NCBI GenBank assembly: GCA_947632545.1
Contig: CANRPP010000004.1
Span: 1-56,085, forward strand
From: an uncultured Bacilli bacterium
Lineage (GTDB): Bacteria > Bacillota_I > Bacilli_A > RF39 > UBA660
Length of the DNA: 56,085 nt
Direction: 5' to 3'
Below, piece after piece: positions 19,301 through 25,430 of this stretch. The notes under the pieces were generated by a model. The model saw only the letters and a list, made by a program, of their open reading frames with translations, searched no databases and had not been told where the DNA came from. Every line of letters begins with the position of its first letter. Position 1 is the stretch's first letter. Made by a program: the position numbers and the translations under genes.

Positions 19301-21048
19301 AATGATTTATTAGTTGATTCTATATCAATATTTAATCTTGGTTGCATAATTGAATAACCACTAATAACTTTAGTTTGAGCTTTATTTAAGACCGGAGCAT
19401 TTAAAGGATGTGCCATACACCCTATTAAATTTGGTAAAGAATTTAAAACTACTTCTGTATCTGTATCTATTGGAATAACATACTTTATCTTTTTATCAAA
19501 TAAGTGTAATGTATTAGCATTAAAATATTTTTCTTCATCTTTTTTAGTCATTTTTCCAAGTAGTAATCTATTAAATTGAAGTAAAGCTCCCCTTTTTCTT
19601 TCATAACCTAAATACTTATTTTCTTTTTCATTCCATATTCTTTTTCTATATATAAAATGAAAGATTTCTTTTTTATATTTTTTATTTAATTTATCAACAT
19701 AATCCAAACCAAATTCTTTTATTTTTTGATCTATAGGAAGAGTTTTTTTATCACTTTCTTTTATATCACCAAGTAATGTAAAATATAAATTATCACTCTT
19801 ATTTACAATATATAATGTTTCTAATTTATCAAACATTTTCTTAATTTTTTCAGTACTATTAATAATAGTAGGTATAACTACCATTGAAGATGCTGTATCA
19901 GGTATCTTTTTAGAATAATCCATTTTAGGTAATGGCTTAACTTTAATAAACAAACTAACTATTTGATTAATTATTTGTATACTTAATTGTAAAACAGGAA
20001 TAATTAATATCAAGAATCCAATAATTCTATTAGCTATAAAATATTTAGATAAATAATAACTAATAATAATACTAACACTAAAAATTGATAATATATAAAT
20101 TATCATCCTAATAGTATAATTTTTATTTTTAAATAAACTAAATCCAATATGAGTATCAGATATATTTATACTATCTAATAATTTTAAAACATAATCATGT
20201 TCACTAATATTTTTTTTCTTCGCAAATTTAGTAATTTTTTCCCTGTATAAAGTTTTAGTCTCAGCAGTCATATTATAATATATCTTATCTTCCATTAAAA
20301 GTTTTTCACACTTACTAATAGATTCAAATAAATCTTCTATATCATAGTCAACAAATTCCTTAATATTATTAAATATATTAGCAATTAATATATTAGTAGT
20401 AGCTCTTTTTTTATATTCATCATTTAAAACTTCTCTTATACTAATATTATTTTTTTCTAATAACAAATTATATTCTCTAAATAATAAATTAGTCCCTACA
20501 CCTAGTTTTTTTAATTGATTACTAATCTCAAAGATATAATTACTATCATGTATAATATCAATATTATTAACTTCAAAAACACCAACATCAGAAGTTGGAG
20601 GTAAATTATTAACTATTCTTTCTATTTCTTCTTTAGCGCATAATTCTTTATATGATTCCCTACATATTTCATTTAATTTAGATACATATATTAATAATAA
20701 TATTTCAGGTATTGATGAAATTTCTTTATATGAAAAATACATATTTTGTTTTTTCTGATATGCATTTATATCTTTTATAAAACTTTTATAATTTATATTG
20801 TATTCTGATTCTTCTACAATATTTTTAACTACTGCATAAATACTACTACATTTATTAAGTTTTTTACTAATACCTTTTCTATTTTCATAAATGCTTTTTT
20901 TATTTTCAACTATTAAATAATAATTGTCAATTAACCATTCATTAGTTATACCAACATATTTAAATTGTTTAGTCTTACTAACTAAGTTGTCGTAATACTC
21001 ATTTATATCAGTACAATCTAAAAAAAATTTCTTTAAGTATTTATGCAT
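13384..21048 (-). CDS. Cyclic beta-1,2-glucan synthase-like giant protein (N-terminal membrane GT domain, central alpha/alpha-barrel-like region, C-terminal GH94-like glucan phosphorylase domain)
   Basis: 2554-aa uninterrupted ORF with RBS AGGAGAG. A TM cluster is followed by a GT core from VVIPTIINS (about aa 390) to HRWARGDTQ (about aa 674-682, nt about 19003-19029), a QxxRW-like motif. A second TM cluster follows. The C-terminal part has GH94 signatures: GGGDWNDG (nt about 14340-14365), GGQYTHATAW and GRGGWTWYTGSSGW. Confidence 0.8.
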   Translation of the reverse strand: MHKYLKKFFLDCTDINEYYDNLVSKTKQFKYVGITNEWLIDNYYLIVENKKSIYENRKGISKKLNKCSSIYAVVKNIVEESEYNINYKSFIKDINAYQKKQNMYFSYKEISSIPEILLLIYVSKLNEICRESYKELCAKEEIERIVNNLPPTSDVGVFEVNNIDIIHDSNYIFEISNQLKKLGVGTNLLFREYNLLLEKNNISIREVLNDEYKKRATTNILIANIFNNIKEFVDYDIEDLFESISKCEKLLMEDKIYYNMTAETKTLYREKITKFAKKKNISEHDYVLKLLDSINISDTHIGFSLFKNKNYTIRMIIYILSIFSVSIIISYYLSKYFIANRIIGFLILIIPVLQLSIQIINQIVSLFIKVKPLPKMDYSKKIPDTASSMVVIPTIINSTEKIKKMFDKLETLYIVNKSDNLYFTLLGDIKESDKKTLPIDQKIKEFGLDYVDKLNKKYKKEIFHFIYRKRIWNEKENKYLGYERKRGALLQFNRLLLGKMTKKDEEKYFNANTLHLFDKKIKYVIPIDTDTEVVLNSLPNLIGCMAHPLNAPVLNKAQTKVISGYSIMQPRLNIDIESTNKSLYSQVFAGIGGFDAYSILVPSINQDLFFEGSFAGKGIYDLEVFDKILYDKFPDNLILSHDLIEGNYLRCGYVSDIEFIEDFPSEFLHDTNRQHRWARGDTQIIGYLLPKTKRKDGTKEQNPINILGKFKIFDNIIRMFLSPALLLLIIFTIFFSNHKLIFLIFLYLVISFPIIVFLKNKFYYKKNDRTTIYYKNLTFGGKSLIIRSLVVFSTIPYYTYLYMDAFFRSLYRLFISHKNLLNWTTAEDVVNNSKFSLFNYINNFKFNIFIAVILFGVGIYLKNYYALVISIIFLVAPLYMYYVSKSFNYDNKKLDSRKNKDILGIARRTWNYFKENLTIENNYLVPDNYQTNRDVKLDYRTSSTDISYSLTSVICAYELKFITLKDAIAYLKNIINTIDSLEKWHGHLYNWYDIKTKKVLSPRFVSTIDSGNLIAALFVVREFLEKHDEDNLVKLCDKLIANTNFKKLYTKKDVFSIGYSDDDHALSVYNYNKFASESRLTSFVAICKGDVSSKHWFCLDKSLTTYKKHKGLISWSGTAFEYYMPLLYMKNYKNTLLDESYNFAYFCQKDYVISVSKKLPWGISESAYDELDNSENYKYSSFSVPALKAREDKNTKIVISPYSSLMIMSLYPEDVYQNIERLKQLNMLSKYGFYDAYDYDTKAVVRSCYAHHQGMSLIGITNYLKDNIIQEYFHSNVKVKSFDILLKEKVQVKADIDMKIAKYKKYNYKKEVIHNDIRVFSYISDMPEVSALSNRKYTLLMNDRGNSFSRYRTLQLNRYRKITEQDYGMFLYIKDIATNKIWSNTYAPINEKPDKYEVVFASDKIKYIRTDGFITTKTEIIVTRSHHAEIRKYTFTNDSDDFKVLELTTYTEPILCENTDDVAHRVFNSMFLESSYEEETNSLIMTRKNRETGTKTYMINRLLIENPVDKYSYETDRFKFIGRGNTATNPNALNSDLTNSVGTSLEPVMSIRNRIEIAPNSKKEVYFICGFGRSMEQVLEMVNTYSDRLSIKKAFRMANAMNIVHTKNMNLTGEEMRTYNIMLNYLYQTTKIAVNDKRREYLRKNALAQNGLWKFGVSGDRPIILVNIKDVLDMPFVYDILKAFEYFKNKSIFVDIIIVNSEKDYSSKIVRKEIDNELYRIYSVNSFRNTPGIVTVIDSNNLTEEDKSLLKIVPRLMFNVKSHYSLKDEIDLLQKNNKINDYKRLETEANLNVVYKDRLKFDNSYGGFSKKGMEYVIKNMNTPTPWSNVISNGNFGTIITNNGCGYTYAYNSYEFKITSWTNEMVINDKSEGIKINDKLFEPTKCRHGFGYSILESETKELHHSLTEFVALEDNVKIYILKLTNKEAINKKLDISFFINPTFGNFEEKTSRHILTEFMGDDNYLKLRNVYSIDYSDVNVFMSSSEKINSATIDKILVKDINVCIDLDANSEKEIVFTLGCSKEIDKNLSLIEKYNNLTTAKGELKLVINSWSDRLSTVKVKTPDLAFDYMLNGWYLYQTISSRIQAKAGFYQVSGAFGYRDQLQDSMNICVVNKDYTRNQILINAKHQFIEGDVLHWWHSKNHFGIRSRFKDDYLWLVYATIYYLEVTDDKSILDEEVPFVVGDSLSEHENERGVIFTYSAYTKPLFFHLLLSLKLAMSNIGSHGLPLMGGGDWNDGMNKVGIKGKGESVWLGFFLYDIINNFIKLLDKYYPDIKKDSYISFNEKLKENLNKYGWDKDYYLRAYFDNGDKLGSIENDECKIDLISQSFSILSDVIEKSRIPSVINSVEERLVNKDFRIIKLLDPPFEKSLNTPGYIMSYPKGIRENGGQYTHATAWYIMALIKSGYSDRAYKYYQMINPINRSLDKKSIDTYKVEPYVIAADIYSKVGYEGRGGWTWYTGSSGWFYRVGIEEIIGLKKRGDKLYIEPHVPREWKNYEITYKYLDTTYNIKVILDSKNKIIIDGKENKSPNIIKLDNKKKSYDIIVYRKRGKDND

Positions 21049-21147
21049 AGCCTATCTCTCCTATCTAATAGATAGTATATCATAAACGTATTAATATTAA
21101 AAGAATAAAGGCGAAAAATACTAATAAAAAATATTAATTTTCAAATA

Positions 21148-21173
21148 AAAAAATCGTTAAAAAACGATTAATT
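21148..21173. terminator. Hairpin terminator between the tRNA cluster and the giant gene
   Basis: AATCGTT/AACGATT stem (21152-21169) flanked by an A-run and a T-run. On the minus strand it follows tRNA-Ser(GCU). Confidence 0.55.
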
Positions 21174-21179
21174 TTTTAA

Positions 21180-21270
21180 TGGCGGAGCAGGAGAGATTTG
21201 AACTCTCGCGCCGGTTGCCCGACCTACACCCTTAGCAGGGGCGCCTCTTCAGCCTCTTGAGTACTGCTCC
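21180..21270 (-). tRNA. tRNA-Ser (anticodon GCU)
   Basis: Class II tRNA with a long variable arm. Anticodon stem CGCCC/GGGTG, loop CTGCTAA, encoded GCCA end. Confidence 0.88.
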
Positions 21271-21283
21271 AGCTGCACTTATA

Positions 21284-21312
21284 ATATTACATTATTATAA
21301 GTACTATGTCAA
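21284..21312 (-). promoter_or_regulatory. Sigma-A type promoter dedicated to tRNA-Ser(GCU)
   Basis: Reverse strand: TTGACA, 17-nt spacer, TAATAT. The -10 element ends 13 nt upstream of the tRNA 5' end. Confidence 0.6.
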
Positions 21313-21322
21313 TAATTAAAAG

Positions 21323-21344
21323 AAAAAAACTCATAATGAGTTTT
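21323..21344 (-). terminator. Intrinsic terminator after tRNA-Glu
   Basis: Reverse strand: AAACTC/GAGTTT hairpin followed by TTTTTTTC. Confidence 0.45.
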
Positions 21345-21353
21345 ACTACAAAA

Positions 21354-21430
21354 TGGTGACGAGTACGGAATTCGAATCCGTGAATGCTGCCGTGAAAGGG
21401 CAGTGTGTTAAGCCGCTTCACCAACTCGCC
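21354..21430 (-). tRNA. tRNA-Glu (anticodon UUC)
   Basis: Reverse-strand cloverleaf. Anticodon stem CTGCC/GGCAG, loop CTTTCAC. Confidence 0.88.
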
Positions 21431-21433
21431 AAA

Positions 21434-21510
21434 TGGCGCCCCAACTAGGACTTGAACCTAGGACCCCTTGATTAACAGTCAAGTGCTCTAACCAACTGAG
21501 CTATTGAGGC
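21434..21510 (-). tRNA. tRNA-Asn (anticodon GUU)
   Basis: Reverse-strand cloverleaf with anticodon loop CTGTTAA. Confidence 0.88.
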
Positions 21511-21513
21511 ATC

Positions 21514-21590
<77 letters not shown>

Positions 21591-21718
21591 AAAATAACTA
21601 GTACTTCTTAATTCTACATTATAATGAAATTTTTTGCAAGAGAAAATTTAATTTTTTATAAATTGCATATATAGAGTACTATAAAATAACAAATAAATCA
21701 AGTATTTTTGACTATAAT

Positions 21719-21747
21719 TTGACAAATATCAAGTTCAATAGTATAAT
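21719..21747 (+). promoter_or_regulatory. Consensus sigma-A promoter for the 80-aa membrane protein gene
   Basis: Perfect TTGACA, 17-nt spacer, TATAAT. Confidence 0.75.
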
Positions 21748-21770
21748 ATGCACGACAAAGGGGGATTATT

Positions 21771-22013
21771 ATGGATAAATTAAATAATACAAGAATTAGA
21801 AATTTAAAAATAGCTCGTGCAGCAACAACACTTGTAGCAGGTATAGGTGTAGGAGGAATTGGTTATACTCTAACAAGTTTAGGCGATAAACCATTTGAAT
21901 TTTTAACTATTGGTATTGCCTCTATTGCAACAGTAGGATATAATTCATATCTTACCTATAAAAATAATATAGAATTAAAAAATGAAAAGAATAAAACTAT
22001 GTGTAAAAAATAA
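21771..22013 (+). CDS. Small two-TM membrane protein, unknown function
   Basis: 80 aa. Strong RBS AAAGGGGGA 7 nt upstream. Two Gly/Ala-rich hydrophobic helices (AATTLVAGIGVGGIGYTL and FLTIGIASIATVGY). Confidence 0.65.
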   Translation: MDKLNNTRIRNLKIARAATTLVAGIGVGGIGYTLTSLGDKPFEFLTIGIASIATVGYNSYLTYKNNIELKNEKNKTMCKK

Positions 22014-22023
22014 TTAAATTATA

Positions 22024-22052
22024 TTGTAATATTTATAACTTTGAGGTATAAT
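22024..22052 (+). promoter_or_regulatory. Putative sigma-A promoter for tRNA-Lys(CUU)
   Basis: TTGTAA, 17-nt spacer, TATAAT, ending 17 nt upstream of the tRNA. Confidence 0.5.
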
Positions 22053-22069
22053 TTTATCAGACCTCAAAT

Positions 22070-22145
22070 GGACTGTTAGCTCAGTTGGTAGAGCAACTGA
22101 CTCTTAATCAGTGGGTCTAGGGTTCGAATCCCTAACAGTCCACCA
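22070..22145 (+). tRNA. tRNA-Lys (anticodon CUU)
   Basis: Plus-strand cloverleaf. GGACTGT/ACAGTCC acceptor plus ACCA, D-loop AGCTCAGTTGGTAGAGC, anticodon loop CTCTTAA, T-loop GGTTCGAATCC. Confidence 0.92.
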
Positions 22146-22183
22146 GATTGATAAAAAACTTGAAAAATTCGAGTAAAGATAGA

Positions 22184-22212
22184 AAACGTACTTGATAAAA
22201 GTGCGTTTTTAT
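22184..22212 (+). terminator. Intrinsic terminator after tRNA-Lys(CUU)
   Basis: AAACGTACT/AGTGCGTTT stem (one G-U pair) followed by TTTTTAT. Confidence 0.55.
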
Positions 22213-22220
22213 GTTATGAT
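22192..22220 (+). promoter_or_regulatory. Putative promoter of the antitoxin-like sRNA
   Basis: TTGATA, 17-nt spacer, TATGAT with an extended -10 TG (TGTTATGAT). Confidence 0.5.
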
Positions 22221-22226
22221 GTATTT

Positions 22227-22340
22227 GTCAAGGAAACTTGCATAAAATAAAAAAGGAATACCTAATTTTGATGAGTTAGGTACTATTCCTAAATTTTTTT
22301 GAGATTAGTACCGACTTATACAGTTGGTACTATTTTTATT
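22227..22340 (+). ncRNA. Candidate antisense sRNA (type I antitoxin-like), convergent with the 30-aa peptide gene
   Basis: The predicted start lies downstream of the 22192-22220 promoter. Hairpin 1 (22254-22290) is followed by a T-run. Hairpin 2 (22307-22331) has a G-U pair on this strand but an A-C mismatch on the other, and is followed by ATTTTTATT. Hairpin 2 overlaps the last codons of the peptide ORF. There is no ORF with an RBS on this strand. Confidence 0.4.
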
Positions 22341-22408
22341 AGTATGATTAAAATCACAATAATAAGGAGTATTATGATAGAGCAAAGATATTTCTCTTGT
22401 TTTCTCAT
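22316..22408 (-). CDS. Unannotated 30-aa hydrophobic peptide MRKQEKYLCSIIILLIIVILIILIKIVPTV (type I toxin-like)
   Basis: ATG preceded by GGAGGTG at 7-nt spacing. A charged N-terminus is followed by a single TM helix. It has its own promoter and a structured 5' UTR with an anti-SD element. Too short for the supplied ORF track. Confidence 0.55.
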   Translation of the reverse strand: MRKQEKYLCSIIILLIIVILIILIKIVPTV

Positions 22409-22478
22409 AATTTCACCTCCTTCCACTTTTACAAGTAAAGGAGAATAGTACCTAAACTAATTAAGTATTCCTAAAATA

Positions 22479-22507
22479 ATTATATCAAACGTTTGTTTTT
22501 AACACAA
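22479..22507 (-). promoter_or_regulatory. Putative promoter of the 30-aa peptide mRNA
   Basis: Reverse strand: TTGTGT, 17-nt spacer, TATAAT with an extended -10 TG (TGATATAAT). Confidence 0.5.
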
Positions 22508-22559
22508 TAGATTTTATAAATAATTATGATAATTTAGAAAACGCAGTGAAGATAGTTTG

Positions 22560-24155
22560 TTAACTATTTTTTTCTAGCATTATTTTTTTATCAAAATAAT
22601 AATGTTTATTACATATTTCGGTTAATTTTGGTCTATGCGTAACAATAATATAAGTCTTATCTTTTAAATATTTATTTATCATATCATAAATTTTATTTTC
22701 TGATAAACTATCCAAATTAGATGTTGGCTCATCCAAAATATAAATTTCTTTATCTAATAAAATACCTCTAATAATATTCAATCTTTGTTTTTGTCCAGCT
22801 GATAATTTAATTCCTTTTTCACCAACAAGAGTATCTAATCCCTTTTCTAAAGTATTAATCCATTCATATAATCCAGCATCTTTTAAATATTCATTTAATG
22901 TTTCATTTGAAATTTTCTTTCCTAAACATAAATTTTCTTTAATAGTTAAATCAAACAAATCAGATTCTTGTGAAATATATGCGACATCTGGAACTTTAGA
23001 AGTTGGAGTACCATCAGTTAAATAATTACTATCATCAACATTATAAAATCTACAAAATAATGATAGAAAAGTAGACTTTCCTTGACCTGATTCCCCAATA
23101 ACACTAATTTTATCTTTTTTGTTCAATGAAAAATTAGGAATTTTAATAGCAATATTACTTTCATCATTATATTTGAACTCAATATCTTTCATAGTTATAT
23201 TTTTCCAGTTTCTAATTTTATTTTGTGGCTCTTCTTCTATAATCATTTTTTCAATTTGATTGTTTGCTGATTTAAATTTATTATAATGTATAAATAAAGA
23301 TGCAACTCCTCTCAATTCAACATTCAAGCCACTAAACATAGATGAATAAAATACTAAATAGCTGAACACATTATCTCCATTTTTCATTCTAAAAAATAAA
23401 CTTATTAATATGATTGCATACATTAAGTAAACTAATCCATTAATACCATCTGATCTCATAGAGCGAAAAACATTAGACTTTTTCATTGGCTTTTTTACAA
23501 TTTCAAATTTATTATTCATTATATTAGTTGCATAATTTAAAGCCTCAAAATTTTTAACTATTTTAACATTTTGTAAGAAATCAACTGAAGTTGCATTATA
23601 TTTAGCATTTTTATCATTATATTCTTCTTGTATTTTAACATTTGATTTTGTAATTATGACATTATAAATAACAATGATGATTGTAAAAATTAAACAAACA
23701 ATAAACATAATATAACTTTGTGTCCATACTTGAATTAAGAAAATAGTTATTGCAACACAAAAGCCATTTATTGTCATCATTATTTCATTTAAAAGTGAAA
23801 TAGTTTCTTCACCTATTATGTCTAATTGTTTTTTTAAATAACCCGTATGAGTATCATTAATTCTTGAAATATTCATATTGCATATTCTTCTAAAATAAGA
23901 TATTTGTAAGTCTTTTTTACTTACTTCAAGAAAAGGTTCTACTTTTATATTCCATAATACATTAAAAAATATTTCTAATATTTTTATTATTACAGTAAAT
24001 ATAATAAGTAGTTTAAATTTTTCAAGACTAAAAGGCACAGTTAAAAATATTGATAATATAACTGGCATAATATATAGACATACATTTTCCAAAAATGCAT
24101 TTATAAAACATAATGCATACTTTTTTTTATTTAAAACTTTAAATGGATAAAACAT
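22560..24155 (-). CDS. ABC exporter, fused permease and ATPase
   Basis: 531 aa. About six N-terminal TM helices, then Walker A GESGQGKST, signature LSAGQKQR and Walker B ILDEPTSNLD. RBS AAGGGAGG. Confidence 0.88.
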   Translation of the reverse strand: MFYPFKVLNKKKYALCFINAFLENVCLYIMPVILSIFLTVPFSLEKFKLLIIFTVIIKILEIFFNVLWNIKVEPFLEVSKKDLQISYFRRICNMNISRINDTHTGYLKKQLDIIGEETISLLNEIMMTINGFCVAITIFLIQVWTQSYIMFIVCLIFTIIIVIYNVIITKSNVKIQEEYNDKNAKYNATSVDFLQNVKIVKNFEALNYATNIMNNKFEIVKKPMKKSNVFRSMRSDGINGLVYLMYAIILISLFFRMKNGDNVFSYLVFYSSMFSGLNVELRGVASLFIHYNKFKSANNQIEKMIIEEEPQNKIRNWKNITMKDIEFKYNDESNIAIKIPNFSLNKKDKISVIGESGQGKSTFLSLFCRFYNVDDSNYLTDGTPTSKVPDVAYISQESDLFDLTIKENLCLGKKISNETLNEYLKDAGLYEWINTLEKGLDTLVGEKGIKLSAGQKQRLNIIRGILLDKEIYILDEPTSNLDSLSENKIYDMINKYLKDKTYIIVTHRPKLTEICNKHYYFDKKIMLEKNS

Positions 24156-24310
24156 AAAAAGCCTCCCTTATACAATTCTAACATAATTTTATTTTTTTTA
24201 ATATCATTATTGGATATTTCTATTGTCCAAAAGTCTTGTATGACTTCCTATAGTCATTATATTTATAAAAGCACGTTTTTATAATGTGTTTTATATCAAT
24301 AAACATACAC

Positions 24311-24342
24311 AAAAAAACATTCAATATATTGAATGTTTTTGT
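24311..24342. terminator. Bidirectional intrinsic terminator (ends the PepSY gene transcript on the minus strand)
   Basis: Perfect palindrome ACATTCAATA/TATTGAATGT flanked by an A-run and a T-run. Confidence 0.65.
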
Positions 24343-24401
24343 TTAATGTACATCACCAAAATCAATGATCTAGGTGATGTTTTTGTTTAAACTACAATAA
24401 A

Positions 24402-24767
24402 CTAATCTCTTTCTTTAAAAGATTTTACTATCTCACCTGTTTTTGCATTAACATAAAAATCATATTCATAACCATCATATTTAAAATCTATTTCATAAAC
24501 TGCTATATTATATTTATAATCTAATTCATTATCTAAATCAGAAATATTTTCCCTACTTATATTTAAACTTTTTAATGCAATTTCTACAGCCTCATCGCTT
24601 GAAATATAGCTACTATCATTTGCATCAGGACTTTCTATATTATATTCTTCAACAGATGAGTTATTATCTACTCCATTGTGTCCATTTCTAAAAAATAAAC
24701 TACCAATTAATATTAATAATATTACAATTACAACTGATAAAATAATAATTATATAATTTTTCTTCAT
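24402..24767 (-). CDS. PepSY-domain membrane-anchored protein
   Basis: 121 aa. N-terminal TM helix. C-terminal ISSDEAVEIAL...YEIDF...YEYDFYVNAKTGEIV fits the PepSY fold pattern. Confidence 0.7.
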   Translation of the reverse strand: MKKNYIIIILSVVIVILLILIGSLFFRNGHNGVDNNSSVEEYNIESPDANDSSYISSDEAVEIALKSLNISRENISDLDNELDYKYNIAVYEIDFKYDGYEYDFYVNAKTGEIVKSFKERD

Positions 24768-24827
24768 AAATTAAAACACCTACCTTATTACTATTATTAT
24801 ATACTAAAATACTAAAAAAACAAATTA

Positions 24828-25406
24828 TTATTTACAAGCATTAATAAATTCTTTAAATAACTTATTACTATAGAAATCATAATTAATCATTCTTTCCGGA
24901 TGCCACTGTACTCCTATTTGAAATTTATGCTTTGAGTTTTCTAATGCTTCTATTAAATCATCTTCACTCATACCAACAATTGAAAATATTTTAGATGTTT
25001 TAGGAGTTTCATTATGATGACTATTTACATGTATTATTTGATTTTTTATTATTTGACCTAACTTGGAATCTTTTAAATAAACTTTATGAACATAGCCTTC
25101 TTTTTGATAATGATTATTAATCCTTTCTAAATGTTCTTTTGTATCATATAAAGCCATTGACTGCATACCTTGACAAATACCTAATAAAGACAAATTATTA
25201 TCAAGAGCATACTTTATTAAATAATCATCAAGCTCTCCTTTTTTATCACCACCTGTTATTAATATTCCAGAACAATTATAAATATTATCTATATTATTAT
25301 TATCAATTAATATTGGATTACCTCCATATTTTTTTATAGCATTTATATAAAAGTCATTTTCAATTTCTGTATTTTCGTCTCTTTTTAAAACACAAATATT
25401 TTTCAT
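24828..25406 (-). CDS. Class I glutamine amidotransferase-like / peptidase C26 (gamma-glutamyl hydrolase family)
   Basis: Nucleophile elbow LLGICQGMQ and the C-terminal GVQWHPE motif. Confidence 0.8.
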   Translation of the reverse strand: MKNICVLKRDENTEIENDFYINAIKKYGGNPILIDNNNIDNIYNCSGILITGGDKKGELDDYLIKYALDNNLSLLGICQGMQSMALYDTKEHLERINNHYQKEGYVHKVYLKDSKLGQIIKNQIIHVNSHHNETPKTSKIFSIVGMSEDDLIEALENSKHKFQIGVQWHPERMINYDFYSNKLFKEFINACK

Positions 25407-25430
25407 AATAAATAAAAAGAATAGATTTCT

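Noticed and set aside
21591-21640. Promoter for the Ile-Asn-Glu tRNA unit (TATAAT at 21628-21633, minus strand)
   Set aside because: A good -10 exists, but the only TTGCAA hexamer is 10 nt away and the hexamer at 17 nt (TTTTCT) is poor. It is plausible but not well enough supported to list.
22040-22068. Hairpin TTTGAGGT/ACCTCAAA after the 80-aa gene as its terminator
   Set aside because: It has a 13-nt loop and no following T-run, and it overlaps the predicted tRNA-Lys promoter -10. It may be a processing or weak pause structure, but I cannot support a terminator call.
22316-22408. 30-aa peptide as a bacteriocin or export substrate of the adjacent ABC transporter
   Set aside because: There is no double-glycine or lantibiotic-type leader and no modification or immunity genes. 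The peptide is essentially one TM helix, and the ABC protein lacks a C39 peptidase domain. The convergent sRNA and RBS sequestration fit a type I toxin better. The bacteriocin idea is not fully excluded.
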